Positions 28,959 through 37,655 of a stretch of DNA of 64,000 bases are shown one piece after another. The notes under the pieces were generated by a model. It was not told where the DNA came from. It did not search any database and saw only the letters and a program-made list of their open reading frames with translations. A program made the position numbers and the translations under genes. The stretch covers positions 2,109-66,108 of the forward strand of contig CBFGIV010000006.1 of the NCBI GenBank assembly GCA_965648915.1, written 5' to 3'. The stretch is from a candidate division WOR-3 bacterium. Lineage in GTDB: Bacteria > Hydrothermota > Tepidihabitantia > SM23-42 > CAYGYG01. Numbering within the stretch: the first letter of the stretch is position 1; each line of letters starts with the position of its first letter.

Positions 28959-30491
28959 CTACTCCAACCCTTTAGGTTCAAGGATCAAATTTGGACGCCC
29001 ATCATGGTAAATAGAGACACCACTAAACATTCTAAGTTGAACCAATGGATCAAGGGGTTTGACAATCACATCCTCCTGAGCAAGAATATTATCAACCAGA
29101 AGGCCATATTTTTCATTATTAATCTTTACCACAATGACCGAATGAAACTTTTGGCCATTAGTCGGGATATCGAGTAATCTTCTAAGACGCAAGACCGGTA
29201 GATTTTCATTGCGGAAGATGACCATCTCATGATGATGGACCCTTCGAATATCCTCTTCTGATATATTAAATGTTTCAATGATACTGGCTAAAGGCAGGCT
29301 ATAGATTTCTTGGGCCAGAGTAAAGACCATGACCTTAATGGTGGCCAGATGAATAGGGATGGTAATGATAAATTTTGTCCCTTGTCCCTTTGCCGTCTCA
29401 ATGTCGATTGTACCTCTCATTTTTTCGACTGCCCTTTTTACAACATCGAGACCAACCCCACGGCCAGAAAGTCCGGTAACCTCTTCTTTGGTAGAAAAAC
29501 TGGGGTGAAAGACGATCTGCAGTATATCCGATTGACTCATCTTCAGGGCTTCATCTTTACGGATTAAATTGTTTTTAATTGCGGTCCGCCGAATTTCCTC
29601 AGGGTCAATACCTCGACCGTTATCCTCAACGCTGATCTTGATAAAATCTTTCTCTCGATGAGCAACCAGTTTAATGAAGCCGGTTTTGCCCGATGCCTCT
29701 TTTTCAATACCGTGGTCAAGGGCGTTGCGCAGTAAATGAAGGATTGGTTCTTTAAGATCATCGATGATTGAACGATCAATCTCGACATTACCTCCTTCAA
29801 CAGTAAATTGAACATCTTTACCCAATTTCTGAGCCTCATCCCGGACCCAACGGGGAAAGATATTAAAGACCGTGGATAGGGGGAGAAGTCTCATCATCAT
29901 AACTTCATCGCTCAGTTCTTCAATAAGAAAAGAGAGGTTATCGGTGATCTGAGTCAATTCAGCGTCTTTCAATTTCGATTGGATATATTTGAGACGGTTG
30001 CGTGCTAAAATAAATTCGTTAACCAGATTGATCAGACGATCAAGACGGGCCATCTTGATCTTGATCTCTTCGACACGATAAAAAGAACGCGAGCTGACTT
30101 CTTCAGTAATTGCCTCCCCTCTTAGAATAGCCGCTCCCTTATCTAAGAGATCGTAGTTGGGCAGGATCTCATTGGATGATCGGAGTATCTCAAGCGCCTG
30201 TTCAAAATAGTCAACAACCGAAAAGAGATAGTTGATGATAGAAGCGCGGGCGCTGATGCTGCCTTTGCGAATCTCGCTTAATATATCTTCGGCACGATGG
30301 GCCAGGTTGGCCAGAGGGTCATACCCCATTGTGGCGGCCATACCTTTAATGGTGTGGAACGAACGGAAAATTTGATTGATTGCTTCGTTGTTATCGGGCT
30401 TTTTTTCTAAGATGAGAAGATTATCATTGAGCAATTTGATGTGCTCACGGGTTTCACTGATGAAAAGTTCAAGATATTTAGAAGTATCCAT
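28959..30491 (-). CDS. cheA: Chemotaxis histidine kinase CheA (P1-P3-P4-P5; no P2)
   Basis: 510 aa. Hpt His in FHTIKGMAATMG. HATPase N box HLLRNALDHGIE, G1 DNGRGID, G2 GLSGRGVGLD. C-terminal CheW-like domain. Confidence 0.9.
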   Translation of the reverse strand: MDTSKYLELFISETREHIKLLNDNLLILEKKPDNNEAINQIFRSFHTIKGMAATMGYDPLANLAHRAEDILSEIRKGSISARASIINYLFSVVDYFEQALEILRSSNEILPNYDLLDKGAAILRGEAITEEVSSRSFYRVEEIKIKMARLDRLINLVNEFILARNRLKYIQSKLKDAELTQITDNLSFLIEELSDEVMMMRLLPLSTVFNIFPRWVRDEAQKLGKDVQFTVEGGNVEIDRSIIDDLKEPILHLLRNALDHGIEKEASGKTGFIKLVAHREKDFIKISVEDNGRGIDPEEIRRTAIKNNLIRKDEALKMSQSDILQIVFHPSFSTKEEVTGLSGRGVGLDVVKRAVEKMRGTIDIETAKGQGTKFIITIPIHLATIKVMVFTLAQEIYSLPLASIIETFNISEEDIRRVHHHEMVIFRNENLPVLRLRRLLDIPTNGQKFHSVIVVKINNEKYGLLVDNILAQEDVIVKPLDPLVQLRMFSGVSIYHDGRPNLILEPKGLE

Positions 30492-30857
30492 TTAGCGCTT
30501 CAATATTCGCTCAATTGCCTCAAGCACCCGGGAGGGCTGAAAAGGTTTCACGACAAAATCGAGCGCACCGGCCTGAATTGCCTCCATAACAAGGGCCTGC
30601 TGCCCCATTGCACTGACGATCAGGATTTTTGCCTTGGGGTCAGATTTCTTGATCTCTTTGACAGCCTCGATGCCACTCATATCAGGCATAATAATATCCA
30701 TTGTCACAAGATCGGGTTTTAATTGATTGTATTTATCAACCGCCTCTTTACCGGATGCGCTTTCACCAACGATTTCGTATCCCCCTTTTTGAAGAATATC
30801 CGCAAGCATACGACGCATAAACATTGCGTCATCAACGATCAAGACGGTGGCGGCCAT
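30492..30857 (-). CDS. cheY: CheY-like single-domain response regulator
   Basis: 121 aa. Receiver motifs LIVDD, phospho-Asp in LVTMDIIMP, conserved T/S and K (SAMG...VVKPF). GGAGG RBS. Confidence 0.85.
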   Translation of the reverse strand: MAATVLIVDDAMFMRRMLADILQKGGYEIVGESASGKEAVDKYNQLKPDLVTMDIIMPDMSGIEAVKEIKKSDPKAKILIVSAMGQQALVMEAIQAGALDFVVKPFQPSRVLEAIERILKR

Positions 30858-30953
30858 CGAACCTCCTAAGTTTGGCTCTATGGATAAATGTGTTTTTAAA
30901 ACAACCTATTTCTATCTTTAAGTATAAAATTTAGCAGAATTATATGAACAATT

Positions 30954-30981
30954 ATTATAACCAGATTATAAATATTGTCAA
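30954..30981 (-). promoter_or_regulatory. Strong candidate sigma-70 promoter of the cheY-cheA-cheC-TPR-roadblock operon (TTGACA-N16-TATAAT)
   Basis: Minus strand: TTGACA (30981-30976), 16-nt spacer, TATAAT (30959-30954). About 90-nt leader to the cheY ATG. Confidence 0.5.
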
Positions 30982-30983
30982 CT

Positions 30984-33611
30984 TCATTTTTTAACCCGAT
31001 CCTTAGACCGTTTAATGAGTTTTTCTATTTCAACGGCAAAAAATACTAAAGAAGAAAGGATACAACAAAAAGAGAGTTCGAATAGAGTAAGGGGCTGAGT
31101 TTTGAAGATTGGTTGCAGGAATGGGAGGTATATCACGCATAACTGTAATAAAAATGTCAGGAGCACGGCGCCGAACAACGGTTTGTTGGAAAAGATACCC
31201 TGGGTGAATAGAGAAGTCTTTTCTGAACGGATTGCAAGGACATGCGCCATCTGGTTAAAACAGAGGACAGTAAAGACCATCGTCTGCCAATGGGCGTCGC
31301 CAATATGAATTGACCAGTACTGGGTGAATATGGTTATCACCGCCATCAGCAGGCCTACCCAGATAATATGGACGCCAAGGCCATGGGCAAAGAGACTCTC
31401 ACCGGGAAGACGGGGTGGTCGGCGCATAATATCGGCCTCTTCTGGTTCCGCACTCAAAGCCAGTGCCGGAGCACCATCGGTAACAAGGTTAATCCACAGC
31501 AAGTGTATCGGTAACAATGGTAGTGGTAGTCCTAAAAAAGGCGGGAAAAAGAGGGTATAGATTTCTCCCGAATTACTGGTCATCAGATATTTAATAAATT
31601 TGCGAATGTTGTCGAATATCCGCCGGCCTTCTTTTACTGCTGTTACAATTGTGGCAAAGTTATCATCGAGCAGAATCATATGTGAGGCCTCTTTAGCAAC
31701 GTCGGTGCCCATTATGCCCATAGCAATACCGATGTCAGCGCGCTTCAAAGCAGGGGCGTCATTCACACCGTCCCCGGTCATTGCAACAAATTGACCTTTT
31801 TTCTGAAGGGATTTAACAATCTTCAATTTCTGCTCGGGTGCAACCCGGGCATAGATACGAATCTGTTCGACCCGTTTTTCAAACTCTTCAACTGGCAATG
31901 CCTCAAGTTCTTTCCCGCTCACGATCGAGTGACTATCTTCTTCAGTGATCTGTAATTGAAGAGCAATTGATCGGGCAGTAATCGGGTGATCACCGGTAAT
32001 CATAACGGGAACGATACCGGCCTCCTTACATACTTCAATCGCTGTCCTGACTTCTTCCCGGGGTGGATCGGCCATGCCAACCATCCCGAGGATTTTGAGA
32101 TTATTCTCGACAAGATCCGGGTCTAAGTCCGAAGGGAGTTGGTCCCACTCACGCATAGCAATCCCGAGCACCCTCAGGCCCCGTTCTGCCATCTTTTGAT
32201 TTATACGGAGGAGTGTCTTTTTATCATTTCGCTCATTACCGACTGCGGTCATCACTGATGATTTTTCGGCGAGGGCTTCAAGCGCACCTTTGGTATAAGA
32301 AATAATTTTTCCATCCGGGATTCGATGGAATGTTGTCATACACTTGCGGTTTGAATCAAATGGTATTTCCGCAATGCGGGGATATTCCTTTGACAGGGCA
32401 TCTTTCTTAAAATTAAGATCACGGGCGATTGAATAAAGGGCAATCTCAGTTGGGTCACCGACAATCTTACCTTCTCGATCGATCCAGGCATCATTACTCA
32501 GAGCCAGTGCCAGGAAGAAATTCATATTTTCCGGATTCCAGGCAAAGGCTTCAGAAATCTCGTCTGATTTAAAAAGCTGACCGTTAAGAAAGATTTCTTG
32601 AACCAGCATCTTATTCTGGGTCAGGGTTCCGGTCTTATCAGAGCAGATATATGTTACCGAGCCAAGGGTCTCAACCGCCGAGAGTTTTCTGACCAGGGCA
32701 TTGGTTTTGACCATCTTCTTGGCACCGAACGCTAAGGCAATGGTAATAACCGCGGGTAGGGCTTCAGGGATGGCAGCAACGGCAAGGCTCACGGCGGTGA
32801 GGAGCATTAAGATTGGTTTTTCACCCCGCAGAATGCCGAAGACGAAGATTATTGCACAGATTATAAGAAAGATGATGGCCAGTTTTTGACCGAAAATGGC
32901 AAGTTTCCTTTGCAGCGGTGTCTTTACCTCTTCTTCTTCCTGAAGCATGGTTGCAATTTTGCCCAATTCGGTTGCCATACCGGTTTCGGTAACAATCCCG
33001 ATACCACGGCCGAAAACAACCGTGGTTCCTTTGAAGGCCATATTATGTCGGTCTCCGATCGGCAGGTCTGGCCCTGTAATTTTTCGGGTAGTTTTTTCGG
33101 CGGCGACTGATTCGCCGGTCATTGCCGCTTCATTGATTTTTAATTGAATAGATTCAACCAGACGCATATCGGCTGGGATAATGTCGCCGGTCTCGATCAT
33201 CACAATATCACCAGGGACCAATGAAGCAGAGGGGACGGTCAGGATCTCACCCGACCTTTTAACCTTGGTGGATGGTTCAGCCATCTTACGTAGTGCTTCG
33301 ATTGCCTTCTCAGCACGATACTCTTGAAAAAAGCCGATAATACCATTAATAACGACAATCGCCAGGATCGCAATTGTATCGATGGGCTCACCGACTATAC
33401 CTGAAACGATCGCTGCTCCGATCAGAATCAGAATCATAAAATCCTTAAACTGGTCGAGGAGCATTTCAATGGGGCGGCGTTTTTTGAGTCGCTTGATTTC
33501 GTTAGGACCGAATTTTGAAAGGCGTTGCTCAGCCTCCTGGGCATCCAGACCTTCAAGGGAGGAATTGAGGATCTCGATTGTCTCTTCAACCGATTTGCGA
33601 TACCAGTCCAT
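30984..33611 (-). CDS. P-type IIA cation-transporting ATPase (Ca2+-ATPase/SERCA-like)
   Basis: 875 aa. Phosphorylation site CSDKTGTLT, hinge MTGDGVNDAPALKRADIG, TGES-like actuator MTGES, M4 PEALPA motif. Confidence 0.9.
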   Translation of the reverse strand: MDWYRKSVEETIEILNSSLEGLDAQEAEQRLSKFGPNEIKRLKKRRPIEMLLDQFKDFMILILIGAAIVSGIVGEPIDTIAILAIVVINGIIGFFQEYRAEKAIEALRKMAEPSTKVKRSGEILTVPSASLVPGDIVMIETGDIIPADMRLVESIQLKINEAAMTGESVAAEKTTRKITGPDLPIGDRHNMAFKGTTVVFGRGIGIVTETGMATELGKIATMLQEEEEVKTPLQRKLAIFGQKLAIIFLIICAIIFVFGILRGEKPILMLLTAVSLAVAAIPEALPAVITIALAFGAKKMVKTNALVRKLSAVETLGSVTYICSDKTGTLTQNKMLVQEIFLNGQLFKSDEISEAFAWNPENMNFFLALALSNDAWIDREGKIVGDPTEIALYSIARDLNFKKDALSKEYPRIAEIPFDSNRKCMTTFHRIPDGKIISYTKGALEALAEKSSVMTAVGNERNDKKTLLRINQKMAERGLRVLGIAMREWDQLPSDLDPDLVENNLKILGMVGMADPPREEVRTAIEVCKEAGIVPVMITGDHPITARSIALQLQITEEDSHSIVSGKELEALPVEEFEKRVEQIRIYARVAPEQKLKIVKSLQKKGQFVAMTGDGVNDAPALKRADIGIAMGIMGTDVAKEASHMILLDDNFATIVTAVKEGRRIFDNIRKFIKYLMTSNSGEIYTLFFPPFLGLPLPLLPIHLLWINLVTDGAPALALSAEPEEADIMRRPPRLPGESLFAHGLGVHIIWVGLLMAVITIFTQYWSIHIGDAHWQTMVFTVLCFNQMAHVLAIRSEKTSLFTQGIFSNKPLFGAVLLTFLLQLCVIYLPFLQPIFKTQPLTLFELSFCCILSSLVFFAVEIEKLIKRSKDRVKK

Positions 33612-33782
33612 CAGACTTCAATAATATCTAATTTTGAAGTTAGGTCAAGATTAATAGACTGCGAAAATTTGCAAAATGCGAAGAAGATCTTGATGGTTAA
33701 AAAACCAACTTCTGGAAAATTGACAATTATTCAGGCACACTTATTGCAACAAAACCAAATTGACTTAAGGAGGTAAAAGAGT

Positions 33783-35285
33783 ATGAGAGTCAAGATGATT
33801 TTTTTCTTAATGACGCTTTTAAGTTATTTCCTCTATGCTCAACGGACGCTCCGGCTTCTTGTCCCAAATGGTGGCGAAAACTGGTTGGTGGGTGATTGTG
33901 ATACAATAAAGTGGACCTGGACTGGAAATATAACAAGGGTCAAATTTGAATACTCAACCAATTTGGGGGGAACCTGGAATACAATTGAAACATCGACTAC
34001 GAATGATAGTTTCTGTATCTGGAATATCCCGAATACACCTTCAAATCAGACTCTGGTAAAGGTGACGGATGTTGAGTCAACTTCAGTGGCGGATGTGAGT
34101 GATAACCCATTCAATCTGCTCGGCAGTATCAGAATTGTTTATCCGGTGGGTGGTGAAACTCTGACGGTTGGTGGCCGGGCAAATATAAGATGGAGCGCAT
34201 CCAAGGGGATCTCAAAGGTCAAACTCGAATATTCGACCAATGGTGGATCGAGCTGGACTACGATTGCCGGAGCAACTCAGAACGATACGATCTTTCCCTG
34301 GAATATTCCCAATACACCTTCAAATCAGTGTCGGGTAAGGATCACCGATTACGATGTTGCTGCGACCAATGATATGAGCCCGGCTAACTTTACGATTGCG
34401 GCACGAATGGCGGTTACCTATCCGAATGGTGGTGAGAATCTTCAGGTTGGCTCAAATCAGAATATTACCTGGACTGCTCCATCAGGCGTAATACAGGTGA
34501 AGATCGAATATTCGACCAATGGTGGATCGAGCTGGACTACGATTGCGAGTGGTGTGCCCAATAATGGTATCTATGCTTGGGAAACGCCTAATACGCCCTC
34601 GGCTCAGTGCCGGGTTAAGGTCTCAGATTATAATAATTCTTCAATAACGGATATGAGCGATTCGGATTTTCGAATTGTAAGTGGTGTAACCGTTGTTTCG
34701 CCCAATGGTGGAGAACAGTTACGGGTCGGGAGGATACATTATATAAACTGGACCGCGCCATCTGGTATTTATAAGGTAAACATTGAATACTCAACCAATG
34801 GTGGCTCTACCTGGACTTCAATTACCAGTTATGGTGGATGGCCCAATCGCTTGATTTATGGCTGGAATGTCCCGAATACACCTTCAACTCAGTGCCGGGT
34901 GAGGATCTCAGATGCTGACAATGCAACGACCGTTTATGACATAAGTGATTCTAATTTTGCAATTACTGCTACAGGGATCGAAGAAGAGAATGAAATGAAG
35001 AGACCGCTGAACTATTATCAATCGCAGAACATCCCTAATCCATTTCAAAAGAGGGCGCGGATAAGTTTTGCAATAATCAAGAGTGAGAAGGTGCAGATCA
35101 AGGTCTATAATTCAGCTGGAGAACTGGTCAGGGTCCTGATCGATGAAAAAAGAGGCCCGGGATCTTATACCGTTGAGTGGGATGGCAAGGATGATCGTGG
35201 CCGGGATTTACCAGGCGGTGTCTATTTTTATCAACTGCAGACCGATGGGTTTATAGATCACAAGAAGGCCGTGCTTTTGAGGTAG
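33783..35285 (+). CDS. Secreted tandem-repeat beta-sandwich protein with T9SS C-terminal domain
   Basis: 500 aa. Signal peptide. Four consecutive repeats of about 92 aa (YPNGGExLxVG...I.WTA..G...VKIEYSTNGGSSWTTIA...W..PNTPSxQCRV...D). C-terminal IPNPF...IKVYNSAGELV...GVYFYQL T9SS tail. AAGGAGG RBS. Confidence 0.6.
   Translation: MRVKMIFFLMTLLSYFLYAQRTLRLLVPNGGENWLVGDCDTIKWTWTGNITRVKFEYSTNLGGTWNTIETSTTNDSFCIWNIPNTPSNQTLVKVTDVESTSVADVSDNPFNLLGSIRIVYPVGGETLTVGGRANIRWSASKGISKVKLEYSTNGGSSWTTIAGATQNDTIFPWNIPNTPSNQCRVRITDYDVAATNDMSPANFTIAARMAVTYPNGGENLQVGSNQNITWTAPSGVIQVKIEYSTNGGSSWTTIASGVPNNGIYAWETPNTPSAQCRVKVSDYNNSSITDMSDSDFRIVSGVTVVSPNGGEQLRVGRIHYINWTAPSGIYKVNIEYSTNGGSTWTSITSYGGWPNRLIYGWNVPNTPSTQCRVRISDADNATTVYDISDSNFAITATGIEEENEMKRPLNYYQSQNIPNPFQKRARISFAIIKSEKVQIKVYNSAGELVRVLIDEKRGPGSYTVEWDGKDDRGRDLPGGVYFYQLQTDGFIDHKKAVLLR
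33858..34974 (+). repeat. Four tandem coding repeats of about 276 nt, including a perfect 41-nt DNA identity between units
   Basis: The string gaatattcgaccaatggtggatcgagctggactacgattgc occurs identically at 34227-34267 and 34506-34546. The other units are diverged at DNA level but conserved at protein level. Confidence 0.7.
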
Positions 35286-35293
35286 GTTAAAGA

Positions 35294-35320
35294 AGCGGGG
35301 CGGGCTTTGCCCGCCCCGCT
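35294..35320. terminator. Bidirectional intrinsic terminator hairpin between convergent genes (repeat protein / lpdA)
   Basis: AGCGGGGCGGG-cttTg-CCCGCCCCGCT: 11-bp perfect GC-rich stem with 5-nt loop. The lpdA-side strand has a downstream TTCTTTAA. The plus side has an AT-rich tail. Confidence 0.55.
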
Positions 35321-35418
35321 AATTAATTACGTTATTTCCGGGGATAGTTCCCTAAATTTTACAAGACCTAACACAACAGTTTAAATATTAAAACATTCAG
35401 GCCTCACCCCGTTTGCCT

Positions 35419-36840
35419 CTATCGATTTATAATATGTATCGCCTTGCCGAGAAAATTCTCCGCCGCCTCCATAACTGCTTCGGATAGAGTGGGGTGGGGA
35501 TGGATGGCATCGGCAATTTCGTTAACTTTAAGTCCGTGCTCTATCGCCAGGATCCCTTCGCCAATCAGGCTGGGTGCCTCCAGGCCGAGGATATGGAGAC
35601 CAAGAAGTTTGCCGGTTGAGGCGTCACCGATGATCTTAACCATTCCCTGGGTCTCATCCATTGCTACGGCTTTGCCCGAGGCGATGAACGGGAAGCGCCC
35701 AATCTTGAAATTAATACATTCTTTTATCAACTCCTGCTCAGTCTGACCGACCGAGGCAAGTGGGGGATCGGTGAAGATGCAGGAAGGCATTGCCCTGACC
35801 CTATATTCGATATTATGGTCATTGATAATTTCGGCGACCATTATCCCTTGTTTTGTTGCTTTATGAGCCAAAAGGGGCGGGCCGGTGACATCACCGATGG
35901 CAAAAATATTGGTTAAATTCGTTCTGAGTTTTTGATCAACAATTATATAACCCCGTTCGTTCTTTTTGATATTAATCTTTTCTATTACAGAGGTGAGCGG
36001 TTTTCGCCCGACGGTTAAGAGAATTTTATCAAAATTGTCTTCGGTTACCGATCCGTCCTTCTTATTGATGATCTTTACGGTCAGTTTCTCTCTCTTAACA
36101 ACTTCAGCAATGGTTGAATTCAGCAGAATTTTGATCCCCTGTTTGATTAAAATTTGATAAAGCGCGTTTGCCATCTCGCTGTCCATCCCGGGTAAGATCT
36201 GCTCCATTATCTCGACAACGGTCACATTTGAACCGAGGCGGGCATAGACGGTTCCGAGTTCAAGGCCTGAGGCACCGGCGCCGATGATGAGTAGATTTGA
36301 TGGTATTGCGCTGAGCTCTAAGGCTTCGTCGGTTGTAATGATATCCTTTCGATCAAATTGTAAATTGGGTAAACTACTTGGCTCGGTGCCGGTAGCGATC
36401 ACGATAAAATTGGTTTCGATTTCAATCTCTTCCCCGGAAGGTTTTTTTATCAAGACCCTTTCAGGATTTAATATCTCGGCCTCGGCCTGAATCGAGTTTA
36501 CACCATTAGCACGTAAGAGATGTTCAATCCCCCGGGTCAGTTTAGTTATGATACGGTCTTTCCAGTTACGAAGCGCCCCGGGGTCGATCTTGATATTATC
36601 AAATGTTAATCCAGCATTTTTAAGGTGCTTGACTTTGGCGGCGGTTTCAAGGATATAGGTCAACGCCTTGGTCGGGATACAGCCCCAGTTCAGGCACAGT
36701 CCACCGATCTTCGCCTTTTCGACCAACAGGACTTTCTTCCTGAAATGGCCAAGACGGATAGCACAGGCATATCCGCCCGGTCCGGCACCAATTATGATAA
36801 CATCATACTTTTCTTGCTTCAAAATCATGCCTCCAGCCAT
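35419..36840 (-). CDS. lpdA: Dihydrolipoyl dehydrogenase (E3)
   Basis: FAD motif GAGPGGY, redox-active disulfide GGLCLNWGCIPTKAL, C-terminal HPHPTLSE dimer-interface His. The true start may be ATG 36828 (MILKQEK), which forms an ATGA overlap with the sigma factor stop. Confidence 0.9.
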   Translation of the reverse strand: MAGGMILKQEKYDVIIIGAGPGGYACAIRLGHFRKKVLLVEKAKIGGLCLNWGCIPTKALTYILETAAKVKHLKNAGLTFDNIKIDPGALRNWKDRIITKLTRGIEHLLRANGVNSIQAEAEILNPERVLIKKPSGEEIEIETNFIVIATGTEPSSLPNLQFDRKDIITTDEALELSAIPSNLLIIGAGASGLELGTVYARLGSNVTVVEIMEQILPGMDSEMANALYQILIKQGIKILLNSTIAEVVKREKLTVKIINKKDGSVTEDNFDKILLTVGRKPLTSVIEKINIKKNERGYIIVDQKLRTNLTNIFAIGDVTGPPLLAHKATKQGIMVAEIINDHNIEYRVRAMPSCIFTDPPLASVGQTEQELIKECINFKIGRFPFIASGKAVAMDETQGMVKIIGDASTGKLLGLHILGLEAPSLIGEGILAIEHGLKVNEIADAIHPHPTLSEAVMEAAENFLGKAIHIINR

Positions 36841-37640
36841 TCTCGAAACAGAACCAGACGTAACTTTCTTAAAGCCTGTTCCCGGATCATGCGAACTTTT
36901 TCTCGTGTCATATTCAAAGATTTACTTATCCTATCAATCGACTCGATCGGCTGATCACCCAAACCGAATGATCGCTCAATAACCATCTTCTCGATTTTAT
37001 CAAGGATGTCAAGGTGTTTTTTAATTGTTTTTTTTAGTTCCTTCTGATGATAAATCTCTTCAGGGGAAGGGATGGTCAGGGCATCGATAAGTTCGGACCA
37101 GGGTGTTTTCTCTTCTTCGACAGGCTGATCGAGGGAGATATAAGAGATATATTTTGGCCCGGCGAGAGTAACCTCTTCCGGCGGGATATTGAGTTCCCGG
37201 GCGATATCATTGATGTCCGGTGCTCGTCCCAGACGGGCATAGAGACGATTTATTATCCGGTCCAGATTTCGATCGAGTTTGAAACCAGAGATCAATCCGC
37301 GCTCTTCATAAATTGCATCGTATATTGCCTTCCGGATCCACCAGACCGCATAGGTGAGAAATCTAACTTTTTTACGTTCGTCATAGCGATAAGCCGCCTG
37401 GATTAATCCGTAGTTTCCGGCATTGATTAAATCGGGGAGAGAAAGCCCACTGCGAAGATATTTCCGGGCAAAGGCAGCAACAAACTTTAAGTTGGAAAGA
37501 ATGAGTTGTTTACGACTGGTCTCATCGCCCAGGCGTGCCTTACGAGCCAGATTCCGCTCCTGACGCAGATTCAATACCGGGATCGAGCTTATCTCCCGAA
37601 GATATTGACTGATATTCCGATGGTTGAGCCGTTTGATCAA
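36825..37640 (-). CDS. RNA polymerase sigma-70-family sigma factor (group 3-like size, 271 aa)
   Basis: Region 2 (LINAGNYGLIQAAYRYDERKKVRFLTYAVWWIRKAI) and region 4 HTH (ESIDRISKSLNMTREKVRMIREQALRKLR). Confidence 0.8.
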   Translation of the reverse strand: MIKRLNHRNISQYLREISSIPVLNLRQERNLARKARLGDETSRKQLILSNLKFVAAFARKYLRSGLSLPDLINAGNYGLIQAAYRYDERKKVRFLTYAVWWIRKAIYDAIYEERGLISGFKLDRNLDRIINRLYARLGRAPDINDIARELNIPPEEVTLAGPKYISYISLDQPVEEEKTPWSELIDALTIPSPEEIYHQKELKKTIKKHLDILDKIEKMVIERSFGLGDQPIESIDRISKSLNMTREKVRMIREQALRKLRLVLFREWLEA

Positions 37641-37655
37641 ATTTAGTTTGTTAGT

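Noticed and set aside
33858-34974. Possible CRISPR array (regular about 276-nt periodicity)
   Set aside because: The periodicity is protein-coding tandem domain repeats inside one long ORF. The units are 276 nt with no short direct repeats or spacers. No CRISPR-like array was seen elsewhere in the window.
36825-36840. lpdA N-terminal extension MAGGM (start at 36840) versus ATG 36828
   Set aside because: Unresolved, not rejected outright. The 36828 start gives an ATGA stop/start overlap with the sigma gene and the canonical MILKQEKYDVIIIGAGPGG N-terminus. The track coordinate is kept in the feature, with a note.
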